DNA from: Polyangiales bacterium
Lineage (GTDB): Bacteria; Myxococcota_A; Polyangia; Polyangiales; Ga0077539
NCBI GenBank assembly: GCA_046351555.1
Contig: JAXLYI010000006.1
Coordinates: 58,284-122,283 of the forward strand
Direction of reading: 5' to 3'
Length of the DNA stretch: 64,000 nt
The position numbers were made by a program, and so were the translations under genes. Below the pieces are notes generated by a model. That model searched no databases. It was given only the letters and a program-made list of their open reading frames with translations, and was not told the DNA's origin. This document shows positions 9,117 to 17,840 of this stretch, piece after piece; positions within the stretch are counted from its first letter, which is position 1, and each line of letters begins with the position of its first letter.

Positions 9117-10892
9117 TCACGCCTCCAGCGCGTACACGTGGACGAGCCCGCGCCGCGTGCCGACCGCGAGGCGCCCGTCCGGCGCGAACGCGAGCGCCGT
9201 CACCTCGTCGCTCTCGCCGGCGAGCGTGAAGCGCGCGAGCAGGGCGCCGTCCGCGCAGCCGTGGACGAGCACCTGGTCCCGCGACGAGACCGCGCACCGC
9301 GCCCGACCGTCGTCGAGGGCCGACGCGCCGGTCGCGTCGAGGCGCCGGCTCCACCGGACGCTCTCGTGCGCGAGGTCCCAGCAGGCGAGTTCGTTGACGT
9401 AGTCGTAGCCGTTCTCGACCTCGTGCGTGCCGCGGACGATCGCCGCGCCGGCGTCGGGCCACGGCATCCGCGCGGTGAGGTAGGCCCAGTTCATCAGCCG
9501 GTGCTGGCCCGTCGGTGCGCCGTCGGCCAGCGTCAGGAGGCGCAGCTCGTTCTCCACCGCGAAGATCACGTCGCCGCCGCGCACCCAGAGCCCCTCCAGC
9601 CACACGAACGAGCCGCTCACGTGGGTGCGGCGGGTCGCCTCCTGGTGGCGCCACGCGACGGCGCGCCCGAGCGGCCAGCGTGCGACCCACGACGGCGTCG
9701 CGTCGCCGCCGCCGCCGACCACGAGCGAGTCCCCGTCGGGCGCCCAGGCGAGGTGCGTGAGCCGCGCGAAGTCGTGCTCGAAGGCGACCGCCCCGGAGGC
9801 GACCTCCACCACCTGCACGCCGCCGTCACGCAGCACCGCGAGGCGCGCGCCGTCGGGGGAGAGCTCGGTGTGCCGGTGCGCGGCGCCGAGGTCGACGGCG
9901 GTGTGCTCGCCCGCCGCGACGTCCCACACCCGAACGACGGGGTCGCCCTCGGCCTGCACCGCGACGCGCTCCCCCAGCGGCCACCGCACCGCCGCGATCG
10001 GCCCCTCGGCGAGCGAGCCGCCGCACAGCGCCTCACCGCTGCGTCCGTCGAACACCTGGGCCGCGCACGCGCCCACCCGCGCCGCCACCCACCGCGCGCC
10101 CTCGACCAGCGCGACCCCGGCGAGGAAGCGCCCCCGCGCGAGCTCTCGCACGCCTCCCGCGCGGTCGATCACCCACAGCGCGTCGTCGGTGACGGCCGCG
10201 ATGGTGCGCCCGTCACGCGTCGAAGCGAGGGCGATCACGGGCCGCTTGAATCGCCACCGCCGGGCCTCGCGCGCCGCGGCGAGGTCCCACAGCACGAGCG
10301 CCCCGTCGCCCGTCGCGAGGAGCACCGCGCCGTCGTCGAGCGCGTGGGCGACCGACACCTTCGCGACGCCCGGCGCCGGCAGCTCGACGCGCGTCGCGAG
10401 GTCGACCAGCGCCGCGGTCTTCTTGCGCGTGACCCCCGCGGCGACGACGCCCCCGGGCGACACCGTCCAGCGCTTCGCGGGCGACGGCTCGAACAGCTTG
10501 CGCACGCGCCCCTTCTCCCACCACCGCAGGTACGCCTGCCCGTACAGCACGCGCGCGGGGGACCCGAGGGCCGCGTGGGGGCTCCACTGGTTGAGCCCGC
10601 TTTCGATCGCGGGCCCGCGGGCGCCGGTCCGCGCGTCGAGGGTGCCGACGTTCTTCTGGCCCACGAGCAGCAGGGTGTCGCCCTCGGCGGCGATGGCGCG
10701 GCAGTCGAGGGTGGGGTTGGCGCCGCGCGGTGCGCCCGTCGGAACCGCGAAGCCGAAGACGCCCCGCTCGGTGCCGATCCAGAGCGTGTCGGTGCCGTCG
10801 TGGGCGAAGAGGACGCAGCGCGTCCGGGCCAGGGCGAGCGTCGCCTCGCCGAGCGTCGTCGCGCGGCGGGCGCGCAGGGGGAGCCGGTCCAT
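9117..10892 (-). CDS. WD40/PQQ-like beta-propeller repeat protein
   Basis: Repeated ..VxxVAFSPDGxxLAxGxxDGxVxVWD..-like units occur (LAFAPDGRLAVGTRRGLVHVY, LAWAPDGDSLVVGG, ELSPDGARLAVLRDGGVQVVEV). ORF is 591 aa, in frame and well terminated. Confidence 0.6.
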   Translation of the reverse strand: MDRLPLRARRATTLGEATLALARTRCVLFAHDGTDTLWIGTERGVFGFAVPTGAPRGANPTLDCRAIAAEGDTLLLVGQKNVGTLDARTGARGPAIESGLNQWSPHAALGSPARVLYGQAYLRWWEKGRVRKLFEPSPAKRWTVSPGGVVAAGVTRKKTAALVDLATRVELPAPGVAKVSVAHALDDGAVLLATGDGALVLWDLAAAREARRWRFKRPVIALASTRDGRTIAAVTDDALWVIDRAGGVRELARGRFLAGVALVEGARWVAARVGACAAQVFDGRSGEALCGGSLAEGPIAAVRWPLGERVAVQAEGDPVVRVWDVAAGEHTAVDLGAAHRHTELSPDGARLAVLRDGGVQVVEVASGAVAFEHDFARLTHLAWAPDGDSLVVGGGGDATPSWVARWPLGRAVAWRHQEATRRTHVSGSFVWLEGLWVRGGDVIFAVENELRLLTLADGAPTGQHRLMNWAYLTARMPWPDAGAAIVRGTHEVENGYDYVNELACWDLAHESVRWSRRLDATGASALDDGRARCAVSSRDQVLVHGCADGALLARFTLAGESDEVTALAFAPDGRLAVGTRRGLVHVYALEA

Positions 10893-10901
10893 CGCGCGAT
10901 G

Positions 10902-11612
10902 CTACCCCGCATGCACCGACCCCTCGGCGCGCGCTTCGACGACGCGGTCGATGACGCGGTGGTAGAAGCGCGCCACGTGGGCGAGGTAGCCCGCGAAGCC
11001 GAGCGCCTGGAGGGCGCCGAGCGCGACGTGCCAGCCCCCGACGAGGAAGACCCCGGGCGCGGCGAAGACCAGCGCCGTCGCGGCGACCCACGCGGCGACG
11101 GTGGCGGGCATGAACGCGCGGATGTTGAGCTCGTGCTCGCGCTCGAGGGCGTCGAGGAGCGCGGCCCCGGCGGGGCCCGCAACATCGCGGCGGCGCGCCC
11201 GGTACATCCGCCGCTCGCGCACGAACATCCCCCAGAAGAGGAGCACCATCGCGGCGCCGACGGGGTACCAGCGCTCGGGCCGGCCGGCCTGGGAGAAGAG
11301 CGCGGCCTCCAGCATGGCGGCGAGGAAGTAGAGGAAGTTGTGCTCGAGGTCGAGCGGCCACCGGATGACGGTGAAGGCGTGGAGCACCGCGCGCGTCCAG
11401 AGGCCGCACGCGATGAAGATCCCCGCCAGAAGGTAGGGCACCGGCGCGAGCCGCCCCTCCACGAACACCGACCGCGCGCCCTCGACGAGGAACGACAGCG
11501 CCATCCCCTGGACGATGCTGATGACGGTGAGTTCGAAGCTCGCGACGGCGCCGTCGAGCTCGTGGATCGTGCGGGCGCGGCGGGCGCCGAGGTCGGGCGG
11601 CGGGTCGTTCAC
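10902..11612 (-). CDS. polytopic membrane protein, function unknown (co-operonic with the downstream beta-propeller gene)
   Basis: There are four to five hydrophobic helices. Its stop lies 10 nt upstream of the next gene's start on the same strand. Confidence 0.5.
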   Translation of the reverse strand: MNDPPPDLGARRARTIHELDGAVASFELTVISIVQGMALSFLVEGARSVFVEGRLAPVPYLLAGIFIACGLWTRAVLHAFTVIRWPLDLEHNFLYFLAAMLEAALFSQAGRPERWYPVGAAMVLLFWGMFVRERRMYRARRRDVAGPAGAALLDALEREHELNIRAFMPATVAAWVAATALVFAAPGVFLVGGWHVALGALQALGFAGYLAHVARFYHRVIDRVVEARAEGSVHAG

Positions 11613-11668
11613 GGCGCCGTCGGTAGCACCGCCGCCGGGGGCGGGTCTACGGCGGGGCGCGGCGCCCG

Positions 11669-12358
11669 TCAGCCCGGCAGCTTCGCGAGCAGCCCGTCGG
11701 CCCAGTCGCGCAGGGCCTCCAGCTCGCCGCGCACCGCCGCCCGCTCGTCGTCGCTGCCGCCCTTCACCACGGTCACCGCCCGCCGCTGCCAGGCGCCCTT
11801 CGCCACCCGCTCACGGAAGCCGCGCACCTGCGCCGCCACCCGCGCCGGGGTGAGGCGAACCTCGCGCCCGCGCCCCTGCGCCTCGAGCACGCCCGCGACG
11901 TAGGCCCGCGTCGCCCGCTGCGTGAGCTTCATCGCGGTCACGTGCTGCGCGGCCTTGCGCATCGCGGCCTCGTCGCCGAGCGGGAGGAGCAGCTCCTTGC
12001 GCCCGGGCTCCAGGTTGCGCCACGCCTCGTCGGTGATCCGCTTGTCGTGCGCCGCGATGTGGAGCGCCACGTAGAGCAGCCGCTCGCTCAGCCGCAGCGT
12101 GGGCCCGCCCGCGCGGGACAGGAGCTCGCGCCACAGGGGGCTGTCGCGCCGCCCCTCCAGCGCCGCCGACGCGTCGTCGTCGAACACGTGGACCAGCAGC
12201 CAGCGCCCGTAGGAAACGAGCGCGTCCTCCATCACGTCGCGGGTCTCCTCCGCGCGGCGGAGCACCTCGGCGAGCACGCGCCGCTGGGCGGCGTCGAGGC
12301 TGTCGGGGGCGCGGCGGGCGAGCTCGGCGGAGGCGGCGGGGGCCTGCGGCTTCGTCAT
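11669..12358 (-). CDS. hypothetical cytoplasmic protein
   Basis: Clean 230-aa ORF with high GC3. The second Met (MTKPQ..) is preferred as the start. Confidence 0.45.
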   Translation of the reverse strand: MTKPQAPAASAELARRAPDSLDAAQRRVLAEVLRRAEETRDVMEDALVSYGRWLLVHVFDDDASAALEGRRDSPLWRELLSRAGGPTLRLSERLLYVALHIAAHDKRITDEAWRNLEPGRKELLLPLGDEAAMRKAAQHVTAMKLTQRATRAYVAGVLEAQGRGREVRLTPARVAAQVRGFRERVAKGAWQRRAVTVVKGGSDDERAAVRGELEALRDWADGLLAKLPG

Positions 12359-12450
12359 GAAACGCAACGCTACGCCCGCGGCGCGCGGAGGAGCAGAGGG
12401 AGCGCGCGGGGGCGGTGTCGCGGCGCCGGACAGGGCGTCCCGGTGGGGCG

Positions 12451-12475
12451 GAAGGCTATGGCGCCATAGTCTTCG
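12451..12475. repeat. left copy of a perfect 25-bp direct repeat gaaggctatggcgccatagtcttcg (contains the 14-bp palindrome ctatggcgccatag)
   Basis: The sequence is identical to 14364..14388 in the same orientation. It sits 13 bp beyond the abiEii stop. Confidence 0.85.
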
Positions 12476-12487
12476 GGGGGAGCCCCC

Positions 12488-13345
12488 TCACGGGTCGATG
12501 GGGAGCTCATCGACCAGCGCCAGGAGTTCGCTCCAGGCGTCGTCGAAGGCGACGAAGAGCGTCCGCGTGGTGCTCGCGAGCCCGTCGTAGTCCTGGGCCG
12601 CGCGGCGCTTCACCTCGGGGTCGCGAAACGCCGTGCGGGAGACGACGATGCCCCGTGCGGCGGACTTGCGGCGGAGGAAGTCCGCGACCTTGTCCGCGTC
12701 GAGCGGGCGCTGCCGGCGGGTGACCGCGATGTCGAGGAGGTCCTGGCGGCGGTAGCGGTTGCGCACGGGCTGCTGGAGCAACGAGCGCAGCTTCTCCGCG
12801 ACGATGTCCTCGCGCGAGCTCACGCGCAGCTTGTGGACGCCCGCGGTGTCGACCGGCTCGTCCTCGCACACCACCTCGTTGAGGCTCACGTCCAGAGGGA
12901 TCACCAGCGGGCTGGTCTGCCCGCCTTCGAGCCGCTTCCGCAGCGGGGCCTCGTCGGTGAGCGCGTAGCCGACGGAGACCGCGTAGGTGACGAAGGTGGC
13001 GTCGGGCGCGGGCGGCTGTCGCTTCACGCTGTGGACGCGGTAGAGCGTGCCGAGCTTCCGGCCCGTCGCGGCGAGGCTCTCCTGCAGGAGAGTCTTCAGT
13101 TCGTCGCCCTCCAGCGGGTCGGTCGAGGTGAAGTCGAGGTCCTTCGTGCTCCGGTTGGGCGACCACACGAAGTCGAGCGCGTTGCCGCCCTTGAGCACCA
13201 GCGTCGCGCTCAACTGGCGCGAGTCCGACACCGCCCGCAGGATGCCGTACTGCGCGAAGCGCGCCCGCGCCTCCTGCACCGTGACCTTGTTCGCCTTCGC
13301 CCACCCGCCGATGTCGAGGAAGGCGCGCGGGTACTTCTCGTTCAT
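12488..13345 (-). CDS. abiEii: AbiEii/AbiGii-family nucleotidyltransferase toxin (type IV TA / abortive infection, DUF1814)
   Basis: 285 aa. The N-terminal nucleotidyltransferase-like motifs are LVLKGGNALDF....KDLDF. There is a 4-bp overlap with the upstream abiEi-like gene. Size and architecture match AbiEii. Confidence 0.65.
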   Translation of the reverse strand: MNEKYPRAFLDIGGWAKANKVTVQEARARFAQYGILRAVSDSRQLSATLVLKGGNALDFVWSPNRSTKDLDFTSTDPLEGDELKTLLQESLAATGRKLGTLYRVHSVKRQPPAPDATFVTYAVSVGYALTDEAPLRKRLEGGQTSPLVIPLDVSLNEVVCEDEPVDTAGVHKLRVSSREDIVAEKLRSLLQQPVRNRYRRQDLLDIAVTRRQRPLDADKVADFLRRKSAARGIVVSRTAFRDPEVKRRAAQDYDGLASTTRTLFVAFDDAWSELLALVDELPIDP

Positions 13346-14247
13346 GGCTCACCCCTGCGGAGGAAGTCGACGGGGGCGTTGAGGGACAGGCTCCACCGCT
13401 CGTCGTAGGTCGGCGCGTAGGGGGCGCTCGCGCACAGTCGGCTGGACCCGCCGCGCTTCGCGCCCGCGCGCCACCGCTCGAGCGCCTCGTGCGTGAGCCC
13501 GAGGGCCTCCAGCACGAAGCCCGCGCGCTGCCGCAGGACGCCGACGTCGAGCTGGTCGACGACCCGCACGATCGCGGGGAGGTCGAGCAGGTCGCGCGAT
13601 TTCGCCCAGCCGCGCAGCACCGCGCCGATGCCGCCGCAGGCGTCGGGGTCGATGAGGCCGTCCACGAGCGTGCGCTCGGGGGTCGTGACTCGCAGCGACC
13701 ACCCCTCGGGCGCGTACTCCCCGACGCCCCCGAAGCGCTCGGGTTGCACGCGATGCCATCGCACCGGCCGCCCGAGGATCTCCGCAGGGAAGCGGGCCGG
13801 CGCCCGCGGGAGGTCGGCCCAGTCGTCGGGCGACGTCCCGGGCGGTACCCCGAAGTCGCCGCGCCCCGTCGGCACCGTCGCGTGGACCACCTTGGGTTGG
13901 TCGTCCGTGAGGTCGTGGAAGACCATCGCGGTGTGGTGGCTCGCCGCCACGCACGGCTGCGTCTCCATCAGCACCTCGAGTTCGCCGACGCCGCCGACGT
14001 CGGCGTAGGGGACGATCACCTCGTACACGCCGCCGACCCCCTCCAAGGGCCGCAGATCACCGGCGTTCACCATCCGGTCGAGCATCCGCTTCGCGTCGGC
14101 CACCGTCCTGGGGGGCTGCGGGCGTGAGGTCGGCCCCGCCTCGCGCACCGCCCGTTGGAGCAGGATCATGGCGCGCCAGTCGGAGACCACATGGCGCCGC
14201 TCCATCGCCAGTCGGTGCAGCAGGTCTCGGACGACGTTGACTCCCAA
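13342..14247 (-). CDS. abiEi: AbiEi-family antitoxin/transcriptional regulator (type IV TA system)
   Basis: About 300 aa. The N-terminus is winged-helix-like. It lies immediately upstream of, and overlaps (ATGA), the AbiEii-like gene. A palindromic operator sits in its promoter. Confidence 0.6.
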   Translation of the reverse strand: MGVNVVRDLLHRLAMERRHVVSDWRAMILLQRAVREAGPTSRPQPPRTVADAKRMLDRMVNAGDLRPLEGVGGVYEVIVPYADVGGVGELEVLMETQPCVAASHHTAMVFHDLTDDQPKVVHATVPTGRGDFGVPPGTSPDDWADLPRAPARFPAEILGRPVRWHRVQPERFGGVGEYAPEGWSLRVTTPERTLVDGLIDPDACGGIGAVLRGWAKSRDLLDLPAIVRVVDQLDVGVLRQRAGFVLEALGLTHEALERWRAGAKRGGSSRLCASAPYAPTYDERWSLSLNAPVDFLRRGEP

Positions 14248-14272
14248 AGATCTTGCCCCCCGCCCCGCGGCT

Positions 14273-14323
14273 TAGACTGTCGGCCTCAGGACGACAGTCT
14301 ACGCCGCGTCGAGGAAATGTCAA
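14273..14323 (-). promoter_or_regulatory. abiEi promoter (minus strand TTGACA-N16-TAGACT) with an overlapping perfect 10-bp inverted repeat tagactgtcg-N9-cgacagtcta (candidate AbiEi operator)
   Basis: The inverted repeat is at 14273..14282 and 14292..14301. The reverse complement of 14318..14323 is TTGACA, and the reverse complement of 14296..14301 is TAGACT. This leaves about 40 nt of 5' UTR before the abiEi start. Confidence 0.5.
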
Positions 14324-14363
14324 CTTTTGGCTACAACTTCGTCCGAGCGTTCCAGCGGGGCTG

Positions 14364-14388
14364 AAGGCTATGGCGCCATAGTCTTCGC
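14364..14388. repeat. right copy of the perfect 25-bp direct repeat gaaggctatggcgccatagtcttcg
   Basis: Identical to 12451..12475. It lies 11 bp from the stop of the convergent methyltransferase gene and just outside the abiEi promoter. Confidence 0.85.
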
Positions 14389-14398
14389 GCGGCCCCGC

Positions 14399-15232
14399 CT
14401 ACCCCGCGCGGGCGGTGAAGACCCACGCGGCGCTGTCGAGCGTGACGCCGCCGTCGCGCAGGTGAGCCCGCAGCGCCTCGCGCACTGCCTCGCGGACGCG
14501 CGGGACGAGGTGCGGGTTCTCGCGCGCGACCTGCCCGCACGGCCCGACCTGGAGCGACACCTCCAGCGCGTCGTCGGGGTCGCCGCCGCCCACGCGCATC
14601 GGAACATCGATCGCCTCGGCCGCGACGTCGCGGAAGCCCGCGCCCGACAGGATCGCGCGCACGCGGACGTCGTCGGCGAAGCCGAAGGGCCCCGGCGCGC
14701 CGGGCGGCGACGTCGACGGCGGCGCGTCGAGCAGCGGCGCGACGGCGGCGAGGGGGACGGTCATCCACGGGTTGAGCTCGGCGGCGCGCCACGCGACGAA
14801 GGCCACCGGCGCGCCGGGCGCGAGGGCCGCGTGGAGCCGCGCGAACGCCGCCGCCGGGTCGTCGAAGAACATCACCCCGAAGCGCGAGTAGAGCGCGTCG
14901 AAGCGGCCGTCGAACGCGTGCGTCTGCGCGTCGGCCTCGACGAAGGCGACGTCCGCGCGGCCGGCCGAACGCTCGCGGGCGCGGGCGAGCATCGGGGCGG
15001 AGACGTCGACCCCGAGCGCGAGCCCCGCGGGGCCCACGGCGTCGGCGAGACGGAGGGTGGTGTCGCCGCAGCCGCACCCGACGTCGAGAACGCGCATCCC
15101 CGCGGCGAGCGGCAGGCGCGCGAGGGCGGCGTCGCCGAAGGGGGCGAGCTGGGCGTCGAGGAGGCGCTGCATGGCGACCCAGCGGGGGCCTGAGCGCTCG
15201 TTCCAGTTGGCGATCTGGTCGGTGTTGTTCAT
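14399..15232 (-). CDS. class I SAM-dependent methyltransferase
   Basis: Motif I is VLDVGCGCGDTTLRLA. An acidic post-I loop and the downstream motifs are typical of Methyltransf_11/25 proteins. Confidence 0.7.
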   Translation of the reverse strand: MNNTDQIANWNERSGPRWVAMQRLLDAQLAPFGDAALARLPLAAGMRVLDVGCGCGDTTLRLADAVGPAGLALGVDVSAPMLARARERSAGRADVAFVEADAQTHAFDGRFDALYSRFGVMFFDDPAAAFARLHAALAPGAPVAFVAWRAAELNPWMTVPLAAVAPLLDAPPSTSPPGAPGPFGFADDVRVRAILSGAGFRDVAAEAIDVPMRVGGGDPDDALEVSLQVGPCGQVARENPHLVPRVREAVREALRAHLRDGGVTLDSAAWVFTARAG

Positions 15233-15319
15233 CGCGAGGGGCCGCGAGGATACACCCCGCGCGTCACCCGAGGAGGGCGACCCAACGCGCGTCCCCCACG
15301 ATCAACCACGTGACGGGCG

Positions 15320-15781
15320 TCACCGCAGCGCGGGCGTGCCGTCGGCCTCGCCGCACTCCAGCGCGTCGGCGGGCGCCTCGCGCATGGCGCCACGCAGCGA
15401 GACGGGGTCGCGGTTGACGCCCTCGTACGACCCGCGCAGGCGCGCGAGCAGCCCCGCGTCGTCGGCGCACACGCGCGCCGCGTCGCCCTCCTCGTCGACC
15501 GAGAAACGCGCCCCGCCGCGCGTGGCGTAGACGCTGCCGATCCACCCGGGGCCGGGGCTCTGCACCTCCGTGAAGGGCCCCAGGCGGCGCGCCAGCACGA
15601 GCACGATCGCGCCCCACGTCACGCCCCCGCCCTGGCATCGCCGCGACGCGAACAGCGCCCGCGTCGACGCGCTGTTCGCCGTGGCCGTGATGTCGAAGCA
15701 GGCGGGCGCGGCCTTGGGGCACCCCGCCTGTGCGACGGCGAGCAGGGCGACCGAGAGCAGGTGCAGGCGGGGCGTCGTCAC
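15320..15781 (-). CDS. small lipoprotein, function unknown
   Basis: The GTG start gives VTTPRLHLLSVALLAVAQAGC, a lipobox. The ORF track extends 41 codons further upstream without any signal-peptide logic. Confidence 0.4.
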   Translation of the reverse strand: MTTPRLHLLSVALLAVAQAGCPKAAPACFDITATANSASTRALFASRRCQGGGVTWGAIVLVLARRLGPFTEVQSPGPGWIGSVYATRGGARFSVDEEGDAARVCADDAGLLARLRGSYEGVNRDPVSLRGAMREAPADALECGEADGTPALR

Positions 15782-15888
15782 GCGCGCTCCGTACCATCGC
15801 GGTGAGCGGCGGGGCAACGGCGCGCCCCGCGCCGATCTATTCGATTGACGCAGGCGCGGGCGCCGCTTCCAATCGCGCGTGCACTGAC

Positions 15889-16599
15889 ATGCGCGACGTG
15901 ACACGACGCGAGCTCCTCACCGTCGCCGCGGGCACGCTCCTCGGCGCCTGCGCGGACGTGACGGCCGCGGGCCCCGACGCTGGCGACGTGGGCGACGACG
16001 TGGGCCCCGACGCTGGCGACGCGGGTGACGACGCCGGCCCCGACGCCGCGCCCGACGCAGCGCCCCTCGACACGGCGCCCCCCGACGTCGCGCCCGATCG
16101 CCCACGCGATGGAGCCTCTACGCCCGACGCGCCCCTCGACGCGCGCGCGGACCTCGCGCCGGACGCGCCCCCCGACGCCCGCCCCGACGCGGCGCCCGAC
16201 GCACGCCCCGACGCGGCACCCGACGCATCGCTCGACGCGGCCCCGGACGCGCCGCCGCCGTGCGGCCTCACCGACCGCTACCTCGCGTCGCTCCCGGTCG
16301 CTTCCGTGCCCGCGCGCGGCGGCGTGGTCGACCCCGACCTGCGCGTGGTGGTCGCGCGCGACGCCCGCGGCGTCTACGCCTTCTCGGCGGTGTGCCCGCA
16401 CTTCGGCTGCGTCGTCGAGGTGGGAACCGGCGCCTCCACCGTGTGCCCGTGCCACGGCTCCACCTTCGACGACGACGGCACGCGGCTCCGCGGCCCGGCG
16501 ACGCGCTCGCTGATCAACCACCCGATCGCCCTCTGCCTGGGCCGTGTGTACGTCGACCGCTCGCGCTCCGTCCCCGCCGGCACCCGCACGCCGGGCTGA
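15889..16599 (+). CDS. Tat-exported Rieske [2Fe-2S] domain protein with an Asp/Pro/Ala-rich linker
   Basis: The twin-arginine signal is MRDVTRRELLTVAAGTLLGACA. A low-complexity PDA(A/R)PDA linker follows. The Rieske boxes are CPHFGC ... CPCHGS. Confidence 0.75.
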   Translation: MRDVTRRELLTVAAGTLLGACADVTAAGPDAGDVGDDVGPDAGDAGDDAGPDAAPDAAPLDTAPPDVAPDRPRDGASTPDAPLDARADLAPDAPPDARPDAAPDARPDAAPDASLDAAPDAPPPCGLTDRYLASLPVASVPARGGVVDPDLRVVVARDARGVYAFSAVCPHFGCVVEVGTGASTVCPCHGSTFDDDGTRLRGPATRSLINHPIALCLGRVYVDRSRSVPAGTRTPG

Positions 16600-16609
16600 A
16601 AGGTCTCTC

Positions 16610-17833
16610 ATGCGCCCCTCCACCCGTCTCCGCACGAGCCTCCTGACCGCCCTCGCGACGATGGGCCTCCTGCCCGCGTGTGCCAGCACGACCGGCGCCA
16701 GTGACGCGGCCGTCACGCCCGACGTCGCGGCCCTGCCGGACGCGGCCCCGCCGGACGCCGCTGTCCCGGACGCGCCCGCGGACGTGATCACCGCGCCCGA
16801 CGTCCCGCAGACGTGCCCGGTGATGCCCTCGACGCGCTGCCTGAGCCCCGCGGACTCGGTGCGCAATGTGATGTTCCCGCCGGGCAAGGTGACGGTGCCC
16901 GACGGGGGGCTGCCGGTGCCCGACGGGGCCGTGCGCCCGAGCGGGTGCGCGCGGCCCGAGGTCGTGTCGAACGACTGCTGCAACACCGCGTCGGCGCTGC
17001 GCGAGGAGGGCGGGGCGTGCTGTTACACCTTCTGCACCCAGGCGTGCTGCGGGCGCCCGCTGCGCGTCGGCGGGGCGGCGCGGGTCGCGGGGGTGGAGGC
17101 GCGACGCGACTGGGGCGCGGCGTCGCCGGGGACGTCGTCGGTCGACCCGGCCACGCGCGCGGCGCTCGCGGCGGCGTGGCGCGAAGACGCGCGGCTCGAG
17201 CACGCGTCGATCGCGTCGTTCGCGCGCTTCACGCTGGAGCTCGTCGCGCAGGGGGCGCCGCCCGAGCTCGTCGCCGACGCGCAGCGCGCGGGGCTCGACG
17301 AGGTCGACCACGCGCGCCGGTGCTTCGCCCTCGCCGCCCGCCACGGCGCCGGCGACCTCGGCCCCGCCCCGCTGGACCTCTCCGGCTTCGCGCTCGCGGG
17401 CTCGCTGGAGGATCTCCTCGACGCGGTGATCGCCGAGGGGTGCGTGGGCGAGACGCTCTCGGCGTTCCTGGCGGACGCGCAGCGCGAGCGGGCGACCGAC
17501 CCGGCGGCGCGCGAAGCCCTCGCGGTGATCGCCGCGGACGAGTCCCGCCACGCCGCCCTCGCGTGGCGCTTCGCGGCCTGGGCGCTCGGGTCGCGGCCCG
17601 ACCTCCGCCCGGCCGCCGCGCGGGCCTTCGCATCTGCTCTCGGCGGCCCCCTCCCCCGTCCGCGCCGCGAGCCCGCCGACGTCGACCCCGCCGCGTGGAA
17701 CGCCCACGGCCGCCTCACCGCGCCGCAGGTCGACCGCGCGCTCGACGAGGGCGTCCGCGCGGTGATCCGACCCTGCCTCGCGGCGCTGCTCGCTCAGCCC
17801 GCGAGCACGACGCGCAGCGCGGCGTCGGCGTAG
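16610..17833 (+). CDS. lipoprotein with an N-terminal vicinal-Cys cluster and a C-terminal ferritin-like (diiron-type) four-helix domain
   Basis: The lipobox is LLPACAS. CC pairs occur in SNDCCNTAS...GGACCYTFCTQACCGRP. The C-terminal half carries three E-x-x-H-type motifs (LEHAS, DEVDHARR, DESRHAAL). It starts 10 nt after the Rieske stop, with a GAAAGG RBS. Confidence 0.6.
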   Translation: MRPSTRLRTSLLTALATMGLLPACASTTGASDAAVTPDVAALPDAAPPDAAVPDAPADVITAPDVPQTCPVMPSTRCLSPADSVRNVMFPPGKVTVPDGGLPVPDGAVRPSGCARPEVVSNDCCNTASALREEGGACCYTFCTQACCGRPLRVGGAARVAGVEARRDWGAASPGTSSVDPATRAALAAAWREDARLEHASIASFARFTLELVAQGAPPELVADAQRAGLDEVDHARRCFALAARHGAGDLGPAPLDLSGFALAGSLEDLLDAVIAEGCVGETLSAFLADAQRERATDPAAREALAVIAADESRHAALAWRFAAWALGSRPDLRPAAARAFASALGGPLPRPRREPADVDPAAWNAHGRLTAPQVDRALDEGVRAVIRPCLAALLAQPASTTRSAASA

Positions 17834-17840
17834 CGCCCCT

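Noticed and set aside
9138-11903. 921-aa plus-strand ORF antisense to the beta-propeller and membrane-protein genes
   Set aside because: Arg/Asp/Glu-rich low-complexity translation. The opposite strand carries coherent WD40 repeats and TM helices.
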